Shown: in pieces, positions 59,501 to 64,000 of the stretch
How positions within the stretch are numbered: the stretch's first letter is position 1
Layout of the letters: each line of letters opens with the position of its first letter
Assembly (NCBI GenBank): GCA_934201705.1
Contig: CAKPXF010000010.1
Location: 19,256-83,255 of the forward strand
Length of the DNA stretch: 64,000 nucleotides
Direction: 5' to 3'
Source of the DNA: an uncultured Bacilli bacterium
GTDB taxonomy: Bacteria > Bacillota_I > Bacilli_A > RFN20 > CAG-631
Made by a program: the position numbers and the translations under genes
The notes under the pieces: model-generated
Seen by the model: the letters and a program-made list of their open reading frames with translations, nothing else
Database searches by the model: none
What the model was told of the DNA's origin: nothing

Positions 59501-60047
59501 AACTAAATCTGCAATTTTTCCAATGCCTGTTTTATTAATTGCAACTTATAATGATGATTCAAGCATAGATGTTATGAATGCTGCTTGGGGTATGATGATT
59601 GATGAAGAGCACATTGCCTTAAATTTATCATCATCACATAAAACTGTTAAAAATATTTTAAAAAGAAAAGCTTTTACAGTAAGTATTGCTACAAAAGAAT
59701 ATGTAAATGAAGCCGATTATTTTGGTATTGTATCAAATAATACTGTTTTAGATAAATTTGTAAAAAGTAAGCTAACAGCAACTAAATCAAATAATGTTGA
59801 TGCACCTATAATTAACGAATTTAAGATAACTATGGAATGTGAATTTGTTGATTTTGATGAAAATAAATTTGGCGCTGGCGTTATTGGTAAAATTGTTAAT
59901 GTCATAGCTAAAGATGATGTAATTACTAATGACAATGTTGATATTTCTAAATTAAATGCTATTGCTTATGATCCATTTACTAATGGCTATTATGTGGTTA
60001 ATGAAAGAGTTGGTAATGCCTTTAAAGATGGCTTGAAAATTAAATAG
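59484..60047 (+). CDS. Flavin reductase-like (FMN-binding split-barrel) protein
   Basis: IFPMPVLLIATYNDDSSIDVMNAAWGMMI resembles the Flavin_Reduct domain N-terminus. 187 aa. Confidence 0.45.
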   Translation: MKQQIKTKSAIFPMPVLLIATYNDDSSIDVMNAAWGMMIDEEHIALNLSSSHKTVKNILKRKAFTVSIATKEYVNEADYFGIVSNNTVLDKFVKSKLTATKSNNVDAPIINEFKITMECEFVDFDENKFGAGVIGKIVNVIAKDDVITNDNVDISKLNAIAYDPFTNGYYVVNERVGNAFKDGLKIK

Positions 60048-60048
60048 T

Positions 60049-60582
60049 ATGGAATATTTTACTACTTATGAATCAATAATTGGCCTAATTTATTTAACGA
60101 GTGATGGTACTTATTTAACTGGTTTGTTTTTTAATAAATCATATGATGCTTTAAAGCATAAAGAGCAGTTAATACAAAATAATTTAGAAATTTTTAATGA
60201 AACAAAGAAATGGCTAGATATTTATTTTACTGGAAAAGATCCAAACTTTGAAATAAAATATAAAATAAATAATTTAACATCTTTTAGAAAATTAGTTATC
60301 GATTGTATTAAAAAAATTCCTTATGGAAATGTTATAACATATAATGATATAGCAAAAAAAATAGCTAAAATAAAAGGTATTAAAAAAATGTCATCTCAAG
60401 CGGTTGGAAATGCTGTTGGCTTTAATCCTATATGTATAATTATTCCATGCCATAGAGTAATTGGTGCTAATAATAATTTAGTTGGCTATGGTGGTGGAAT
60501 TAATAATAAAATAAAGCTTTTAGAAACAGAGCATATTGACACCAGTAAATTTAATATGCCAACAAAAGGAAATAAACTATGA
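60049..60582 (+). CDS. ogt: Methylated-DNA--protein-cysteine methyltransferase
   Basis: Active-site IPCHRVIG and an upstream HTH (YGNVITYNDIAKKI). Confidence 0.8.
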   Translation: MEYFTTYESIIGLIYLTSDGTYLTGLFFNKSYDALKHKEQLIQNNLEIFNETKKWLDIYFTGKDPNFEIKYKINNLTSFRKLVIDCIKKIPYGNVITYNDIAKKIAKIKGIKKMSSQAVGNAVGFNPICIIIPCHRVIGANNNLVGYGGGINNKIKLLETEHIDTSKFNMPTKGNKL

Positions 60583-61127
60583 ATAGATGCAAATGGTGTA
60601 ATTTAGCTAATAAAAAATATGTTGACTACCATGATTTTGAATGGGGTGTTTTAAACACAAATGATTCTTATTTATTTGAAATGTTAATTTTAGAATCATT
60701 TCAAGCAGGCCTTTCTTGGCAATGTGTTTTAAATAAAAGAGAAGCCTTTAAAAAAGCATATGATAGTTTTGATATTAATAAGGTTGTTTCATATGATGAA
60801 ACTAAAATAAATGAATTAATTAAGAATAAGGATATTATTAGAAATAAATTAAAAATAACAGCTAGTATAAATAATGCTAAAATATTTAAAGAAATTTGTA
60901 ATGAATATGGTTCATTTTATAATTATTTAAAAACATTTACAAATGGTAAAATTTATTATGAAACTAATTTAACAAAATCTCCTTTATCAGATAAAATATC
61001 ACTTGATTTAGCAAAAAGGAAAATGAAGTTTGTTGGTAGTATAATTATTTATTCTTATCTTCAAGCAGTTGGAATTATTAATTCTCATGAAAAGGAATGT
61101 TTTTTATACAAAAAGTGTGATGGATAA
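60579..61127 (+). CDS. tag: DNA-3-methyladenine glycosylase I
   Basis: RCKWCN ... YVDYHDFEWGV, the Tag zinc-snap and YHDxEWG hallmark. 182 aa. Overlaps ogt by 4 nt. Confidence 0.8.
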   Translation: MNRCKWCNLANKKYVDYHDFEWGVLNTNDSYLFEMLILESFQAGLSWQCVLNKREAFKKAYDSFDINKVVSYDETKINELIKNKDIIRNKLKITASINNAKIFKEICNEYGSFYNYLKTFTNGKIYYETNLTKSPLSDKISLDLAKRKMKFVGSIIIYSYLQAVGIINSHEKECFLYKKCDG

Positions 61128-61302
61128 TAAACTCATCACATATTTTGTATTATTAAATACAAAATAACATAATTAGTCTAAAAAGTCGCAAATTTTCAAA
61201 TAAAACGCCGTTTTTAAGTTTGAAACTGCGTTTTGTTTGAAAACGTGCATTTGGTATAGTTAAATTGCCCTCATCAAAAAAGAAAAAACATTTAATGCAA
61301 AC

Positions 61303-61360
61303 AAAAAGAGGATGAAAAACCATTTTTATTTATAGGTTTTTAAACATCCCCTTTTTCCTT
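61303..61360 (-). terminator. Long stem-loop terminator downstream of the minus-strand lipoprotein gene
   Basis: aaagaggatgaaaaacc ... ggtttttaaacatccccttt. On the minus strand it is followed by a T-rich run. Confidence 0.45.
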
Positions 61361-61364
61361 TTAA

Positions 61365-63635
61365 TTATGCTGTTTTATAGATATGTAAAAATTCACAACT
61401 ATCTTCATTATTAACAATTTCAATTTTTATATCATCTTTAACAAATACATTAGTTGAAGCTTCACTATATCCTAAAGCTAAAAGATATTCTTTATATTCA
61501 TTTGAATATTCATAATCAATTACATTTAATGTAATGATAAAGTAGTAAGGCTCTTCTTCATAATTATAATAATAGCCATCAAATGTGTTTCCATCATTTT
61601 TTAATTTTTCGCTATATAAATAAGGAACCTTGTTAGCAAATTCTTCGCCATATGCTTTAATTAAAGCTAAAATAATAGTGTCAGACTCGTAATCATTCCA
61701 AGTTTTTAATGCATCTTGAGATGATGGATTAATTTTATCATCTAATGCTTTCTTTAAAGAGGCATCTAAAGTTTGCTCATCATAAGCAAATGTAATATTT
61801 TCAAGTCCACCAGTATAAGCACAATCTAAAGAAACAATTTTATCATTTTCAATAGTAAATTCAACAGATGATGGATCAATTGTTAATGGATTATCTACAA
61901 AGGCTAATGAATTACCAATGTTAATAATATCACCATAGCTTGTAAGTTTATTATCATTTAACTTTAAAACACTACTTGAAATATTAAAGCCAACTATTTC
62001 TTTCCATGATTTAGATGATGGATTTTTATTTATAGTAACATTGTTATTTTCATCAAAAGTAAATGAATAAATTTTCCCATCTTTTTCATAATATCCTTCT
62101 GCTAAGCGTTCAAAAGATGCTGTTTCATCACCATTAATAACTAAATATTTTTTTAAATAGAAACCATTACCTTTAGTATATTCAATCTTTCTAGTTCCTT
62201 CCCAAGCTGTATCAGTTTGTGTGACTTTAAATATAGAATTATCTTGATTCAAATGAGAAAGAATATTATTTATTTGCACGTCATTTTCTGATGGCGTTTT
62301 TTGAATTATATTTTCAATATTATTTGGGGTATCTAAAACTTTAGTATTAATCCATCTATAAAAATATTTTCCAGTAGTTCTATCTTGTAAAATGCCAGTG
62401 AAAAAGTCCAATTGAACTATTTTACCATTTTCTTCAATGGCTTTAATATCTTGAACCTTCCATTCATAGATTTGTGAATCTTGAGTAATTGAATAAGCAA
62501 TGTTTGAGGCATTATCACCAAGATAAGAATAGTATGTATCATCATTAGATAATTTGGCAAATTTATCTAATTCAAAGCCATCTTTATTGATAAAGCCAAA
62601 ATCTTGATATTTTTTTGTTGTTTTTTGTTTTACAATACTATTTGTTCCATCAACACCTACAATGTTTAATGTTTCTTTATCATCTTCCACTTCAAATGTA
62701 TAAGAATTTGAAACATTATCAGTTGTTGTATCAACTATACGGACATAATTATTTGATATATCTAAATTAGTTGTTTTTATTTGGTATGCAGCATTATCAT
62801 CTAATATAAAATCATATATTGCAGATACATATGAAACATTTTTAAATAAATTTTCTCCTTTACCATTTAAAGTAGCTGTTGGCATTTTATAGCTTTTAAT
62901 AAAGTTATCAACGATAGTTAAAGATGATGTGCCAATATTATTAATTGTTATTTCACCGGCATCAGGACAATAAAATTCGCCAGTTGTTTGATTTAAAGCC
63001 ATAAGCTTTACTATTAAATCATCATATTCATTAAGGCTTAGTTCAAGATGATCTATTCCTGAAAAATCAAGTTGGTTTGTAAAAACTTCTACAATACTTG
63101 AATCATATATTTCATATTTTCCATCACTTTCTTCAATATCATTTTCTAAAACATTTAAATCTTTTAAAAAATTATATTTTTTTAATTCAGTTTGCCCTTG
63201 AAGTGTATATTCTTCATTAAAAGATTGGCCTTTTAAAACAAACTTAGAATCAATGATTCTAAAATCATACGCATATTTAGTTGTTGCTGAAATAGTATTA
63301 AGTAATAATGAACCAGTATTTAAATAACCAATATAGAAATACTCATCCGTAATTACATCCTCATATAATTCTTTATTAATCGTATAAGAAAGCGTATAGC
63401 TTTGTGTTTTTAAATCTTTTAATAGCTTTAATATTGTTTGCTTTGAAGCATTAGTTTCACTTGATGAAGTAAGTTCAGATGATGATGTTTGGCTAGAACT
63501 TTCCTCAATTGATGAAGAAGATTCTTGAGAAGTAGAACTATCTGTTTGAGAGTTATCTTGAACACCACATGAAGCAAGACTAATTGTTAAAGATGAAACA
63601 AATAATGTTGATAATAGAAATATTCCTTTTTTCAT
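61365..63635 (-). CDS. Large lipoprotein of unknown function with Ser-rich N-terminal linker
   Basis: Likely start at MKKGIFLLSTLFVSSLTISLASC (lipobox LASC); the ORF track lists an upstream Met at 63659. A 40-aa S/T/E-rich linker, then about 700 aa with no recognised motifs. Confidence 0.5.
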   Translation of the reverse strand: MKKGIFLLSTLFVSSLTISLASCGVQDNSQTDSSTSQESSSSIEESSSQTSSSELTSSSETNASKQTILKLLKDLKTQSYTLSYTINKELYEDVITDEYFYIGYLNTGSLLLNTISATTKYAYDFRIIDSKFVLKGQSFNEEYTLQGQTELKKYNFLKDLNVLENDIEESDGKYEIYDSSIVEVFTNQLDFSGIDHLELSLNEYDDLIVKLMALNQTTGEFYCPDAGEITINNIGTSSLTIVDNFIKSYKMPTATLNGKGENLFKNVSYVSAIYDFILDDNAAYQIKTTNLDISNNYVRIVDTTTDNVSNSYTFEVEDDKETLNIVGVDGTNSIVKQKTTKKYQDFGFINKDGFELDKFAKLSNDDTYYSYLGDNASNIAYSITQDSQIYEWKVQDIKAIEENGKIVQLDFFTGILQDRTTGKYFYRWINTKVLDTPNNIENIIQKTPSENDVQINNILSHLNQDNSIFKVTQTDTAWEGTRKIEYTKGNGFYLKKYLVINGDETASFERLAEGYYEKDGKIYSFTFDENNNVTINKNPSSKSWKEIVGFNISSSVLKLNDNKLTSYGDIINIGNSLAFVDNPLTIDPSSVEFTIENDKIVSLDCAYTGGLENITFAYDEQTLDASLKKALDDKINPSSQDALKTWNDYESDTIILALIKAYGEEFANKVPYLYSEKLKNDGNTFDGYYYNYEEEPYYFIITLNVIDYEYSNEYKEYLLALGYSEASTNVFVKDDIKIEIVNNEDSCEFLHIYKTA

Positions 63636-63810
63636 GTTATACCTCCTAAAAATATACACCTAATTTTAGCAAAATAAAAAAACATATTCAATGGGAAAAA
63701 AATATTCTTATAATATGTTTTGTTTTATTCAATAAATGTTTTATAGAATGATGAATTTAAATAATATTATATAAATTTTTAAGGAAAAATGTAATATAAA
63801 AATAAGTAAA

Positions 63811-64000
63811 CTAATAATCTTTTAATTCATATTTTAAAGTATCTTTATCAACTTTTAATACTGTGTATGGTTCCATTTCTGAAAGTTCTCTATTTGAAAA
63901 ATTTCCTTTTGGGTCACCGACAAAAAATTCACTTTTAGCATGATATGATGATGTCCATGTTTTCCCACACCATTTTGGCCCCTCAATTAAAATAGCACCA
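63811..64000 (-). pseudogene. Remnant of a P-loop ATPase gene (N-terminus beyond the window, premature stop ~45 aa after the Walker A)
   Basis: The minus-strand frame reads GAILIEGPKWCGKTWTSSYH...KYELKDY(stop at 63813-63811). The Walker A GPKWCGKT is not followed by the expected ~300 aa. Confidence 0.3.

Noticed and set aside
61128-61364. Repeated gtttgaaa-c-g / aaaacgccgtttt elements between the convergent tag and lipoprotein genes, considered as possible operator sites or a small RNA.
   Set aside because: The region lies downstream of both genes. The palindromes are most simply explained as back-to-back intrinsic terminators (A/T-flanked GC-containing stems), and no promoter or ORF context supports a regulatory role.
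1-64000. Search for CRISPR arrays, tRNA/rRNA genes, transposases, integrases, phage genes, toxin-antitoxin pairs and restriction-modification or other defence genes.
   Set aside because: No regularly spaced short direct repeats, no cloverleaf-like or rRNA-like GC-rich islands in this AT-rich background, and no ORF with DDE, tyrosine-recombinase, nuclease or helicase signatures was seen. The only repeats are the intragenic 720-bp tandem copies.
1-64000. Possibility that TGA encodes Trp (Mycoplasma/Spiroplasma code 4).
   Set aside because: All long conserved genes (pyk, gap, the P-type ATPase, opp, pot) are uninterrupted with TGA treated as stop. Trp positions in conserved motifs (for example in Tag, YHDFEWGV) are TGG. 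Standard code therefore applies.

Overview
The window is 64 kb of very AT-rich (about 27-28% GC by eye) bacterial chromosome. Long ORFs are only intact with TGA read as stop, so it uses the standard genetic code. There is a high density of lipoproteins (at least nine with lipobox cysteines). OppC carries a large extracytoplasmic insertion and OppD/OppF carry long intra-ATPase insertions. This looks Mollicutes-like, most consistent with an Acholeplasma/Anaeroplasma-like or related low-GC lineage; that assignment is inference only. No rRNA, tRNA, CRISPR array, transposase or integrase was recognised.

Content in order:
- 1-16 kb, housekeeping and transport: a partial ABC exporter transmembrane domain, an unusual STAS-plus-APH-like kinase fusion, a DUF1003 membrane protein, a Na/Pi cotransporter, a P2-type cation ATPase, an ENPP-plus-LamG lipoprotein, a clan GH-D-like glycosidase, a minus-strand operon (MsbA-like ABC exporter, cupin, small Zn-ribbon protein), a creatininase-family protein and pyruvate kinase.
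- 16-18 kb: a DUF4097 lipoprotein and GAPDH.
- 18.9-27.4 kb: a complete Mollicute-type oppABCDF operon.
- 27-37 kb: a two-domain esterase, a Zn-ribbon membrane protein, ppa, an FTCD-like cyclodeaminase, and a PuuR-like regulator followed by potABCD.
- 37-40 kb: a GNAT/YoaP-like gene, a membrane protein, a GNAT, pdxK and a TIGR04076-like gene.
- 40-58 kb: an AraC-family regulator divergently transcribed from an accessory glycan-utilisation and surface-protein locus. The locus holds two LamG/ConA-like surface proteins, a sugar-binding lipoprotein, two permeases (the second frameshifted), three paralogous beta-helix (clan GH-N-like) lipoproteins, a GH36 alpha-galactosidase and a GH43 enzyme.
- 58-61 kb: a decayed TetR pseudogene behind a consensus promoter, a PAP2 phosphatase, a flavin-reductase-like protein, ogt and tag.
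- 61-64 kb: a large lipoprotein of unknown function and a P-loop ATPase remnant.

No complete novel system was found. Leads worth follow-up:
- A shared C-terminal KGCKG-TM-KKRK tail on both LamG surface proteins, a candidate new CTERM-type sorting signal.
- A 720-bp tandem duplication inside one surface-protein gene, with a 420-bp nearly identical core and a mosaic pattern suggesting gene conversion.
- A structured leader carrying a GGGAGUAG motif plus a terminator-like hairpin upstream of the P-type ATPase, a candidate yybP-ykoY-like Mn riboswitch.
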